From an uncultured Gemmatimonadales bacterium (GTDB lineage: Bacteria > Gemmatimonadota > Gemmatimonadetes > Gemmatimonadales > GWC2-71-9): a stretch of DNA of 64,000 nucleotides. The notes under the pieces were generated by a model. It made no database searches. It was not told the DNA's origin and was given only the letters and a program-made list of their open reading frames with translations. The DNA lies in NCBI GenBank assembly GCA_963828735.1, contig CAWHFW010000005.1:2464001-2528000 (forward strand), written 5' to 3'. Each line of letters opens with the position of its first letter. Within the stretch, counting starts at the first letter, position 1. This document shows, in pieces, positions 19,081 through 29,080 of this stretch. The position numbers and the translations under genes were made by a program.

Positions 19081-21402
19081 TTGGCGGCGGCGCCGGACGG
19101 AATCGCCTTGCAGCCGGTCCGCACGGGGTCTACAATAGGCCCGGAGCATCAGCCCGAAATCACATGGATCTCAGCCGGCGCTTCCCTTCCCGCGGGGCGT
19201 CTCAGGGTGTTGCAACTCCAGGTTCTCGGCAGTATCACGGTCACCGCCAACGGCGGCGCGACCAGCGGTGCGGCCGCGCAACGCAAGGCGCTCGCCCTCC
19301 TGGCGTTGCTCGCGGCCGCCGGGAGGCGCGGCCTCAGCCGCGACCGGATCCTGGCCATGCTGTGGCCTGAAACGCCGGCCGATCGGGCCAACCACCGTCT
19401 CACCCAGCTGCTCTACAGCCTGCGGCGCGACCTCGGCTCGGCCGAGCTGTTCCTCGGGTCGGCGGACCTCCGGCTCAATTCCGAGGCACTCGCGGTCGAC
19501 CTGGCTGAGTTCACCGCCGCACTCGAGGGGGGTGAGTTCGCGCGCGCCGTTGCAGCCTATGGGGGCCCTTTCCTGGATGGGTTCTTTCTCAGCGGCGCGT
19601 CCGACTTCGAGCACTGGGTGGAGCAGGAGCGTGCCCGCCTCGCTCAACGGCATACCGCCGCCCTGGAGGCGCTGGCCCGCGGCGCCGCCATGGACGGAGA
19701 CATTGTGGCGTCCGCCGGTTGGTGGCGGCAGCTGGCTCTGGTCGAGCCGCTCAACAGCCGTGTGGCCGTCTGTTACATGGAGGCGCTCGCCACCGCCGGC
19801 GATCGGCCCAGCGCCCTTCGCTTCGCGCGGGCGCACGAGACGCTGCTGCGCGATGAGTTCGACACGGGGCCAGATGCAGCGGTTGTCGCCGCGGCCGAGC
19901 GACTGAGGTGCCTGCCGGCCGCATCGCCGGCTACCGGTGCGTCGGCCGCGCCTGCCATCGCCGTACTGCCGCTCGCTAATCTCACACCTGACGGTGAGGC
20001 TGAGTATTTCAGCGATGGATTGACGGAAGAACTCGCTAACGCCCTGGCCCGAGTACCCGGCCTGCGCGTCGCCTCCCGCACATCGGTCTACGCCCTCCGT
20101 GGCAAAGGTCTGGACGTGCGGGAGATCGCCGACCAGCTAGGGGTGATCGCGCTAGTGGAGGGCACTGTGCGCAAGGTGGGGAACCGCATCCGCCTGTGTG
20201 TCCGGCTGCTCGATGCGGGTGACGGCTCCCAACTTTGGTCGGATACCTACGACCGAACCCTTGAGGACGTGTTTGTGCTTCAGGAGGAGTTGTCGCGAGC
20301 GGTGACGGCGGCGCTGCCCGTCGGGCTAGGCCGCCGTACGCCTCCGTCGGTGCGTCCACCGACGACCCTGCTGGACGCGTATACGCTGTACCTTCGCGGT
20401 CGGTATGCGGCCCAGAAGCGAACGCCTGAAGGGCTATCCCTGGGGATCGAGTACTACGAACAGGCGGTCGAGCGGGATCCGGGCTTCGCCCTAGCTCATG
20501 CCGGGCTCGCCGAGTGCTGGGCGCTCCGCGGGTTTCCGGAGTTCGGCGATTTGGAGTGGTCTAAGGCCGTGCCGCGGGCGCGCGCGGCCGCCCTTGAGGC
20601 CCTCCGGCTCGATCCGCGCCTGGCTCAGACCCATACTTGGCTCGGCGTCATCCACTTTCTCTATGACTGGGACTGGGCCGCCGCGGAGGCGGAGTTCCGC
20701 CGAGCGCTCCACCTGGATCCGAACCACGCCATCGCCGAACTTTGGTACGCAGTTTTCTTGGGGGCGATGGGACGACATGAGGAGAGTCTCCGGCGCATTC
20801 TCCATGCTGAGGCGGTCGAGCCGCTCTCACTTCCGATTCGGCTCTCAGTGGGTCGTTGCTACTACTACGCCCGGCGCTACGAGCAGGCGCACGATGCGCT
20901 GGCTAGCCTGCTGAAGAGCGAGCCGGGCCACGAGCTCACGGTGGTCTGGCTGGCTAGGACCCTCTGCGCTCTCAACCGGCCGCTCGATGCGGTGGACCTG
21001 TTGGAGCGGCTGGTGGGGGCGGAGCGAACCCCGTATGTCCGTTTCATGCTCGCCTACTCGCTTGCGACCTCGGGTCGTGAAGAGGAGGCGCGTGTGCTAT
21101 ACGGTGACCTGCAAAGGGACTTCGCTGAAGGACGCGCGGGGGCTCTGTGGATGGGAGCGATTCTGGCACGTCTGGGCGAGCGCAACGCCGGCTTGGAGCT
21201 CTTGCAGGAGGCCGTCCGTCGCCGGGAGCCCTTCGTCGTCTGGCTCCCGTGCGATGAGCGTTATGATCCGCTTCACAATCACCCGGGCTTTATCGCCCTG
21301 CTCCGGGAGCTTCGATTCGGCGCTGCTGTAGACGCGGCCGATTCCAACGAGGTGAATCTTCCCTTGTCCGAGACTCGGTCGGGTAAGCTTGGCCGAGAAT
21401 AA
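19081..21402 (+). CDS. SARP/BTAD transcriptional regulator with TolB-like and TPR domains
   Basis: LSRDRILAMLWPE, GPFLDGF, IAVLPLANL..EYFSDGLTEEL, TPR repeats; start may be near 19208. Confidence 0.88.
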   Translation: MAAAPDGIALQPVRTGSTIGPEHQPEITWISAGASLPAGRLRVLQLQVLGSITVTANGGATSGAAAQRKALALLALLAAAGRRGLSRDRILAMLWPETPADRANHRLTQLLYSLRRDLGSAELFLGSADLRLNSEALAVDLAEFTAALEGGEFARAVAAYGGPFLDGFFLSGASDFEHWVEQERARLAQRHTAALEALARGAAMDGDIVASAGWWRQLALVEPLNSRVAVCYMEALATAGDRPSALRFARAHETLLRDEFDTGPDAAVVAAAERLRCLPAASPATGASAAPAIAVLPLANLTPDGEAEYFSDGLTEELANALARVPGLRVASRTSVYALRGKGLDVREIADQLGVIALVEGTVRKVGNRIRLCVRLLDAGDGSQLWSDTYDRTLEDVFVLQEELSRAVTAALPVGLGRRTPPSVRPPTTLLDAYTLYLRGRYAAQKRTPEGLSLGIEYYEQAVERDPGFALAHAGLAECWALRGFPEFGDLEWSKAVPRARAAALEALRLDPRLAQTHTWLGVIHFLYDWDWAAAEAEFRRALHLDPNHAIAELWYAVFLGAMGRHEESLRRILHAEAVEPLSLPIRLSVGRCYYYARRYEQAHDALASLLKSEPGHELTVVWLARTLCALNRPLDAVDLLERLVGAERTPYVRFMLAYSLATSGREEEARVLYGDLQRDFAEGRAGALWMGAILARLGERNAGLELLQEAVRRREPFVVWLPCDERYDPLHNHPGFIALLRELRFGAAVDAADSNEVNLPLSETRSGKLGRE

Positions 21403-21469
21403 GCGCCACATCAGGTACGCTGATGTGGCGCTTCGCCTATTTCCATGGGGTGTGAGTCAGTGAGTGAGG
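21401..21469 (+). repeat. partial junction (terminator plus GTGAGT motifs)
   Basis: AAGCGCCACATCAG..CTGATGTGGCGCTT then CGCCTAT..GGGGTGTGAGTCAGTGAGTGAG. Confidence 0.7.
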
Positions 21470-21588
21470 CTATTCCGGCGCTCTAGCCTCGACTGCACGT
21501 TGAAGCGACGCTAGCCGGCGCAGTGGAAGCTGATTCGGACCACGCAGAGGAATTGACGAGGCTGCCAACCAGCATCCCACGCGGCCAG

Positions 21589-21724
21589 CAGACTCCGACA
21601 TTTGAGTGAGGAAGGTACGGCAAGGTCGAGCATTCAAGCCAGCAAACCCCAGCATCGGGTGACGCGAACTCGCGTAATTGGTAGCAAGTTGCTGGAGTTT
21701 GGGTGGTTACAGCGGCTCCTCTGG
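21589..21724 (+). repeat. junction left arm ending in the anticodon loop
   Basis: Full left arm, then CTCTGG (21719-21724) and abrupt loss of similarity. Confidence 0.88.
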
Positions 21725-21726
21725 CC

Positions 21727-21846
21727 TCACGCCCTGCGTTTTGTGTCGAACGTGGGCGGCCCTGGCTTCACGAACTCCGCCACGGCGCGCAGGGTGTCGT
21801 CATCCGGCTGCTGGTAACAGTCGATGAGCGTGCTGATGTCCTTCCA
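21727..21846 (-). pseudogene. tyrosine recombinase C-terminal remnant
   Basis: Manual translation WKDISTLIDCYQQPDDDTLRAVAEFVKPGPPTFDTKRRA*. Confidence 0.75.
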
Positions 21847-22428
21847 GCATCAAGAGTTCTCTGGCGATTATAGTCGCCGCCTGTTTCAAATCAGCTATGG
21901 CGGGAAGGTGCTGAACTCGCAACGAACGTTCGATCTGCTTCTGAATGCCTCGAAGTTTCATAAGGATCGCGACAAGCAGGTTGCACTCGAAGAGCTCAGG
22001 AAGGTGTTCCCGCCCGATATTTCTGGACGCGGTGTTCTATGACATTCTCGTGGACAAAGCCGTCGCCATGTTGAACCCGGCGTATTTGATTGGGCAGCTG
22101 CAGCGGCTCACGGGCACGCCAGAAGCGTCCGAGGGACCTCCTCCAGATGCGTTCTCTGGTGGTGTTGGAAGGTAGTTGAGCGTCTCAGGCGAGGGCACGG
22201 GAAGGGTCCGCTGCTCGGCCCAGACGCCAGCCGCCTCATCATTGCCCGGAACCTGTCCGTGCCCTTGAGTATCCGTTTCCAATGCAATGATCGCAATCAG
22301 ATGTGGAAGAACTTTAAGTTAAGGTACCGGTTCATCATTTCAGGCCGGTCAGATATCGGGCCCTAGACCCCAAGGCGAAGGGCCGATACCACTTCGGTGG
22401 GTCGGGCCGTTCGCTTCCGCGCCCGCTG

Positions 22429-25401
22429 CTACTCAACACCGAGCCGCACCAGCCCTTCCCGCGCTTCCGCCACGTAGGGCAGCAGCTCCCGATCTGGTCG
22501 GCGCCAAGCCGCCAGCACGAAGCCGAAGCACTCGGCCGCCTTCCGCGCGTCCCCGAGCCGTTCGGCGATACGGCCGAGCTCGAGCGTGGCGAGCACGAAC
22601 GAGGGCGTGCTGCCGCCGCTCCACCGCCAGCGCTCCAGCACGGCGCCGGCGCGCCGATCGTCACCGCGAGCCGCCAGGAGCCGCGCCAGCGTCAGGTTCA
22701 GGTGAAAGCAGTTGGCGGTGTACCAGTCGGCCAGGCAGAGCGTGTCGGGGATCGCGCTCAGCTTCCGGATCGCCGCGCCCGTATCCCCTCGTGCCAGATC
22801 GAGGAACGCGACGCTCGTCTCTCCGAGCAGCCGAGCCCGCAGGGCCGCGTACGGGGTGGCGGGTGCCCGCGCCGTGCGAGCCGCCTGGGCGCCGAAGCGG
22901 CGCAGGGCCGCCGTGTCGCCGCGCGACAGCCACCAGGGCAGCCCCCTCAAGTGACGGGGAGTGTAGAAGAGCCCCCAGGCGGCAGTTGTCTCGAGGGAGC
23001 GACCGAAGGTCGCACGGGCCAGCGAGTCCGGAACGATCCCGAGCAGGCTGAGATCCACGGAAGGGGCGACTGAAGTCGCTCCACGGCGAGGCCAAGGGCT
23101 GGCGCAGCAGCCGCTCATTCACGGCATAGGCCTCGCGCAGGTGGCCCCGGAATGCGAGTGCGCGAGCCAGGTACTGCGGCCACATGACCGAGTCGCGGAC
23201 CCAAGGGACGACGCCTCCACCTGCGTCTCGGCCAGGCTCGCCGAGGCGCCGCAGCACCCGAATTGCGGTCTCGGCCGTGTCGGTCCAGGAGGAGAGCTGG
23301 TTGAGCGCAGCGCCCCAGATGGTGTAGACCGATGCCGTGTCGAGCATTCGCTCCGCCTCGGCTCTGCCGCCGGGACCCGGATCCAGCAACAGCGCCGCCA
23401 AGCGGATTTCGGATCCGTGCGGGGAGGTCGAGTCGAGGGCCAGGTAGGTGGCCGCGTAGCGCCGGGATTCCTCCGGGCGTCCAAGGGACAGAAGCAGTGC
23501 CGGCATGTGCTCGTAGGCTGGCCCGAAGCCCGGATCCAGCGCGATTGCGCGGGTGAAGGCCTCGAGTGACACGGCCGGCGGCCCGGCAATGGGCCATGGT
23601 TCGTGGTCCATGCGCCATTCGCCTAGCGCATACCAGGACACGGGGTCTTCGGGGTAGCGTCGGACCGCCTCCTCCGCCGCCGACACTGCGCGGAATTTCA
23701 GGTGGACGAACGCCTCCGCATCGGTCACCTCCGCCGCTGCGAGGTTGAAGGAGTCGGCGACGATGTAGAGACTGTCCCGCGGGGGAAGCCCGTGGTTGTG
23801 GAGGGTCGCACGCCGCCGGTACTCCTCTTGTGGCCGGTACGCGCCGGTCGTCGGCGGGTTCCAGCCGAGCACCATGGCCATCTGTGCCAGCGGCAGCGCG
23901 AACGTGCTGTCGGCCGCGATCGCCTGATCGTAGCGGGTGAGCGCCGAGTCCCACTGCCCCCGCCGGTAGAACTGTTCGCCCTGGAGGAACGCCTTCAGCG
24001 CCGGCAGCGACTTCGAGCCGATCGACGTCCCGCGGGCCGAGCCGATCGCCCGGGCGGGCGAGAGCACCCTCAGCGCCCGGATCCCCAGGGAGTCAGCCAG
24101 CTCGGCGATGCGGGCGGCCTCCCCCGACACCTCGATGTCCGTCTTTCCCATTCCTCCGGCACGGTCGAGCAGGGCGGCGCGGAGCGTCACCGAGTCCCGC
24201 CCTCGCCGCACCACCGCGCCGTAGAGGACCAGCCCCGCGCCGGTGCGGCGGCCCAGCTCCTCGGCGGATGTACGATCGGCCCGGCCGCTCCAGCGCCGGA
24301 GCACCACGCTCGGCGACACCGTGCGGATCGGGCCGGCCCCGTCGAGCGTGCGGGAGAGCACGTCGCCCATCCCCTCCCGCCAGACCTCGAGTGACGGCTC
24401 CAGCACCTCGAACGGGGCGACCGCGAGCAGGTTGGCGTCGCGGGCGTCTTCGGCGGCAGGCCGAGTGCGGAGCCAGACGCCGGCGCCGGCGAGAGCGACC
24501 AGGAGCACCGCCGCAGCGGCCAGCAGACCTCGTCGAACGGCCGGACTCACGGCCCCGCTGGGCGCGCCTGCCGCGGCTTCCAGCGCCCTCGCGAAGGCCG
24601 GCGCGTCCGCGAACCGGTCCGCCGGCGCGCGGGCCAGCGCCTGCCTTACGGCGCGCTCGACCGGTCGCGGGACGTCACGCACCGTGCAGAGGTCGGGCAC
24701 GGGATCCGTCAGCCGACGGGCGATGAGGGCCTGTGCCGTCCGCCCGGTGAACGGCGGCTCGCCCGCGAGCATCTCGTACACCACGCACCCGAGCGAGTAG
24801 ATATCGCTTCGGGGGTCGAGATGATGGTCGGCCGCGGCCTGCTCCGGACTCATGTAGGCCGGCGTGCCCAGCGCGAAGCCGGTCTCCGTCAGGCGCTCGC
24901 CGGCGGCGTCCACGGCTCGGGCGACGCCGAAGTCGGCGAGCACGCATCGCTCGCCCTGGAGCAGGATGTTCTCGGGCTTGACGTCGCGATGGATGATGCC
25001 CTGCCGCTGGGCGTATCCCAGCGCGTCGGCCACCGCCCGGGTGATCCGCACCGCATCCGCCAGCGGGAGCTGGGGCTCGCGCGTCAGTCGGTTCCGGAGC
25101 GACTCGCCCTCCACGTAGGGCATAGTGAACCAGAGCCGGCCGACAGTTTCACCGGAGTCGTGGACCGACAGGATGTGTGGGTGGTCGAGGCGGCCGGCAA
25201 GCTTGATCTCCCGGATGAACCGCTCGGGACCCAGCGCGTGCGCCAGCTCGGGATGCAGGACCTTCAGGGCGACCGGCCGGTCGTGCCGGAGATCGCGGGC
25301 GAGATAGACCGTGGCCATGCCGCCACGGCCGAGCTCACGCTCGAGCACGTAGCGGTCCCGGAACGCGTCGGCGAGCTCTTGGTTGACTGACGTCGCGTCA
25401 C
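22429..25401 (-). CDS. Ser/Thr protein kinase with TM and TPR region (frameshift near 23060)
   Basis: ELGRGGMATV, HRDVKPEN, DFG and GTPAYMSPE; C-terminus continues in ORF 22429-23118; start approximate. Confidence 0.88.
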
Positions 25402-25562
25402 TGCCTAAGGAGAGATACTGCAATGTGTCGGGCGAACTCGGGCGCCGCCAGCCGCGATTCGAGGCTTCCGGATCGGAGAGAGCAACAGCGGTAACGCTGC
25501 TCGTCAGTCCACGGGCTCGTAACGGACCGCTCCGTCGGCGATGATGATGTGCCTCAGTCCCG

Positions 25563-25709
25563 ACAAACTCTGACATTTGTGTGAGTAAAGTACGGCAAAG
25601 TCGAGCATGAAACCCAGCAAACTCCAGCATCGGGTGCCACGAACTCGCGTAAAGGGTAACAAGTTGCTGGACTTCGGCTGGTTACCACGGCCCCTCTGGA
25701 TCAGGAGAG
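25563..25709 (+). repeat. junction truncated after the variable loop
   Basis: Left arm nearly identical to the 8853 copy; ends at CTCTGGATCAGGAGAG. Confidence 0.9.
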
Positions 25710-25727
25710 GCCCAGCTGCGTCCGGTC

Positions 25728-28700
25728 TCAGTGCCGGCCCGCGGCACGAAGGAGCTCGGCCAGCTCGATTCGGACCGTGTCAGCTTGAGCCCTGAGCCGG
25801 GGCTCGGGGGCACTCCGAAGCGCGAGATAGTGACGATAGGCCCGGATCGCGCCCGCCGTGTCACCCAGTGACGCTGCGAGGCGGCCCTCTTCCCGGCGAT
25901 AGCGCACGTAGTGAGGATAGGTGGCGCAGCCGATGATCCGCCGGCGAAGGGCGGCCAGCGCAGCCGCCGTATCGCCGGCGTCCTCGTGGAGTCGCGCGGC
26001 GACCAGGTTGCCATAGGTGAAGAGTGGGGGTCTGCCGAAGTCGAAAACGTTGAAAGGCATCCGCGGGTTCGCCAGCACGGAGTCGAGCTGCCGCAGGCGC
26101 ATCCGGGCTTCAGGTGAGCCTTCGCGCGCATCGAGTTGAGCTTCGAGCAGTAGCGCAAAGGCGCGAGGCTCGTCGGCCTGCCACACGCTGTCGGGGTGGG
26201 GCTTTGCCCCGCGGAGGTCGGCAATGGCTAGACGCACCGGGCTCAGGTTACCGACCTTCAGGTTGTACTGGCCCGCCGCGTAGCGCGCCAAGGTTGCGTC
26301 GCGATCTGCGGCGGCGAATCGTGATCCAAGTTGCCGCTCCAGGCTTCGTGCCCCCTCGGCGGCTTGCCCGGAATCACCATCGGCAAACAGCCCGTCTAGT
26401 ACGGCGAGACTCTGCCCGCCAATGCCTGGCCAAACCCTTGAGAGGGGGGGCGATTTACCGGGCCGTCCAGAGGTCAGCTCGTAGCGACTCCAGAGTAAGG
26501 CAGCGAGCTTCCGTTCCTCCGCGGTCGCCGCCTGAGCGTACGCGCGTCGGTATAAGTGCTCCACGCCGCCGGTGTCGAGAGGCACGGCTCCGTCCAAGGC
26601 ATTGACGAGCAGATTTGTCGGCAAGGGGCCGAGGGCGCTGTCGCTCGCGAGCAATCGCCGGGCTTCTGCCGTATCACCCAGCCATACGGCGGGATGCCAC
26701 AGCCGCGCAATCGTGAACGACGACACGGAGTCTACTTGCCGGAGGAGGGCTCGCCCGCGAAGCACGCCGGCCGTATCATCGAAGAGCGCGGCGACCTCGG
26801 TCAAGTGCTGAAGGGTTGGGGCGTAGCTCGAGTCGAGCGTCAGCGAGCGAGCAAAGGCTGCGACTGCACGCGGAAGTGCCTCGGGTACGCTGGCCAGGGC
26901 GCCAAGGTGGAAGAGGCCGTCGGCGAGCTTGTACCATGCGTCCGGGCTATCCGGAGCCAGCTCCACGAGGCGCTCCGTCGTTTCCACCATGTCGCGCGCC
27001 CCGGAAGGTGCGGGGTACCTCGGGCCGAGTTGAACGGTGAGGCGGGCCAGATCTCGGGCCGACAAGCGATCGCGGTGGCGCCAGGCAGCCTCCACGGGTG
27101 CATCGCTTCGTCCACTCGTCTGCCACTCGCCGGCTCGCGCCGTGCCCACGCCCGCGAGCGCGAAGGTGGAATCGATCTGGAACGCGTTGACGAACTTCTC
27201 GGACGCTTCACCGAACCTGCCTCGCCTCAGCAGCGCCTCGCCGTCCAGGTAGGCCCGCAGCGCCGGCAGTGACGTGCTGGTGAGCCCAGCGAGCCGCTGC
27301 TCCCCCTCTCCCGACCCGAGCGCGAGGAGGGTCGCCGCCAGGCGGTCCACGAGCTGCGTCAGGCTGTCCGGCGAACCCTCCGCCGTCGCGCGGGCACGCA
27401 CCGACCCGCTCGGCACGTCCACGATGCGGGCGCTCAGGGAGACCCTGCCGCGACTGCCGACGACTTCCCCTTCCACCATCCGTCCCGCACCGAGAGCTGC
27501 AGCCACCCGGACCGCGTCGTCCTCAGGCAGCTCACCGCCTCCGCGCGAGGCGCGGCCCCAGGCGGCCAGGAGCGTTCGGGGGTCTGCCGGCCGCAGGGCC
27601 GCCGTGCCGCTCAGCTTGGTCGACAGGAGGTCTACCATTCCCTCCCGCAGGTAGCCGAGTGAGGAATCCGCACCGGTGACCCGGAAGGGGGCGACGGCGA
27701 TGACGCTCCGGTCGAGGGCCACCGGCCGCTCATGGTTTCGCATGAGCGCCACCATGGCCACGAGCGTCAGGGCCGCGCCGCCGCCTGCCACGAGCCAGCG
27801 GGTGCGGTGGGACCCTTCCTGGTGCCGCGCTGGGGCCCGCTCGAGGACATGGGTGGCGGCCGGCGTCGCGACGCTGGGCCGAAGCGACTGGGCCATCTCA
27901 CCCGCCGACGCGAACCGGTCCGCCGGCGTGCGGGCGAGCGCGCGCTGCACGACGTCGTCCACGTCAGCCGGCACCTCCGGCCGCGTCACGCGAACGGGCG
28001 TAGGCGAAGTGCTGAATCGCTTCGCCATGATTGCCTGCGCCGTAGGTCCCGTGAACGGCGGCTCACCGCAAAGCATTTCGTACAGCACGCATCCCAGTGA
28101 GTAGATGTCGCTTCGGGCATCGAGCTGGCGCTCACCTGCCGCCTGCTCCGGGCTCATGTACGCGGGGGTGCCCACGGTGAGCCCGGTCTGGGTCAGCGCC
28201 TCCTCGCTCGCGAGCGCGCGGGCCACCCCGAAGTCCGCGATGAGCGTGTTGCCGTCACGGGTGAGGAGCAGGTTCTCGGGCTTGATGTCGCGGTGGAGGA
28301 CGTCGTGCTCGTGGGCGTATTGGAGGGCCTGTGCCGCTTCGCGCCCGATCCGGAGGGCGTCCTCGAGCGAGAGCTGCCGGTCGCGCGTCAGTCGCTCGCG
28401 CAGGCTCTCGCCCTCGACGTACGGCATGGTGAACCAGAGCTGTCCACCCGACTCGCCCGAGTCGAGCACGGTGAGGATGTGCGGGTGCTGCAACCGGGCT
28501 GCATAGCGGATTTCGCGCTGGAAGCGATCGGGACCGAGCGTGGTGGTAAGGTCAGGGTGGAGTACCTTCAGCGCCACCGATCGGTCGTGCCTGAGGTCGT
28601 GCGCGAGATAGACCGTAGCCATGCCACCACGGCCGAGCTCGCGCTCGAGCGTGTAGCGGTCGGTCAGGGCGGCCTTGAGGCTTTCCAGAGGCTCGGTCAG
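25728..28700 (-). CDS. Ser/Thr protein kinase with TM and TPR-like region
   Basis: HRDIKPEN, DFG, GTPAYMSPE; frame stays open upstream of 28622 (ALTDRYTLERELGRGG); start approximate. Confidence 0.9.
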   Translation of the reverse strand: MTEPLESLKAALTDRYTLERELGRGGMATVYLAHDLRHDRSVALKVLHPDLTTTLGPDRFQREIRYAARLQHPHILTVLDSGESGGQLWFTMPYVEGESLRERLTRDRQLSLEDALRIGREAAQALQYAHEHDVLHRDIKPENLLLTRDGNTLIADFGVARALASEEALTQTGLTVGTPAYMSPEQAAGERQLDARSDIYSLGCVLYEMLCGEPPFTGPTAQAIMAKRFSTSPTPVRVTRPEVPADVDDVVQRALARTPADRFASAGEMAQSLRPSVATPAATHVLERAPARHQEGSHRTRWLVAGGGAALTLVAMVALMRNHERPVALDRSVIAVAPFRVTGADSSLGYLREGMVDLLSTKLSGTAALRPADPRTLLAAWGRASRGGGELPEDDAVRVAAALGAGRMVEGEVVGSRGRVSLSARIVDVPSGSVRARATAEGSPDSLTQLVDRLAATLLALGSGEGEQRLAGLTSTSLPALRAYLDGEALLRRGRFGEASEKFVNAFQIDSTFALAGVGTARAGEWQTSGRSDAPVEAAWRHRDRLSARDLARLTVQLGPRYPAPSGARDMVETTERLVELAPDSPDAWYKLADGLFHLGALASVPEALPRAVAAFARSLTLDSSYAPTLQHLTEVAALFDDTAGVLRGRALLRQVDSVSSFTIARLWHPAVWLGDTAEARRLLASDSALGPLPTNLLVNALDGAVPLDTGGVEHLYRRAYAQAATAEERKLAALLWSRYELTSGRPGKSPPLSRVWPGIGGQSLAVLDGLFADGDSGQAAEGARSLERQLGSRFAAADRDATLARYAAGQYNLKVGNLSPVRLAIADLRGAKPHPDSVWQADEPRAFALLLEAQLDAREGSPEARMRLRQLDSVLANPRMPFNVFDFGRPPLFTYGNLVAARLHEDAGDTAAALAALRRRIIGCATYPHYVRYRREEGRLAASLGDTAGAIRAYRHYLALRSAPEPRLRAQADTVRIELAELLRAAGRH

Positions 28701-28764
28701 AGAGACGTGCCGGAGCGGGGTACCTCTAGGCTATACCCGAGGGCACTGACAGACCAGAGCCAGC

Positions 28765-28990
28765 CGCAATTGCTACCGTTTCTGCTACAGTTTCTCCGGG
28801 CAAAACCGGGCATTTCTGGGCAGGGAAGCGGGCACCATGCTCGGTAAGTGACCGTTTCCGGGCAACTTGACCGGAACCGCTGCCCCGGCGGTACCGACTC
28901 TGGATCAGGAGAGTCCTGGTTCCAGCCCAGGAGGGGCAACTCGAAGGTCCGACCCTGCTTCGGTGGTGTCGGGCCTTTTCGCTACCGTTC
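28765..28990 (+). repeat. att-like junction with an unrelated left arm
   Basis: TGCTACCGTTTC-TGCTACAGTTTC at 28771-28794; tRNA half 28898-28939; hairpin; GCTACCGTT at 28981. Confidence 0.85.
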
Positions 28991-29080
28991 ATTGCTGATT
29001 CGGGGCGCCGTTGTGAAGACGGTGCTCAGCGCCACAACCGCTGGTGGCCAGCCTTCCCAGCACCGCGCCTCCGCCGCGGC

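Noticed and set aside
21850..22330. Lower-GC stretch with several 60-80 aa ORFs
   Set aside because: May be a foreign gene remnant, but no frame gave a recognisable product.
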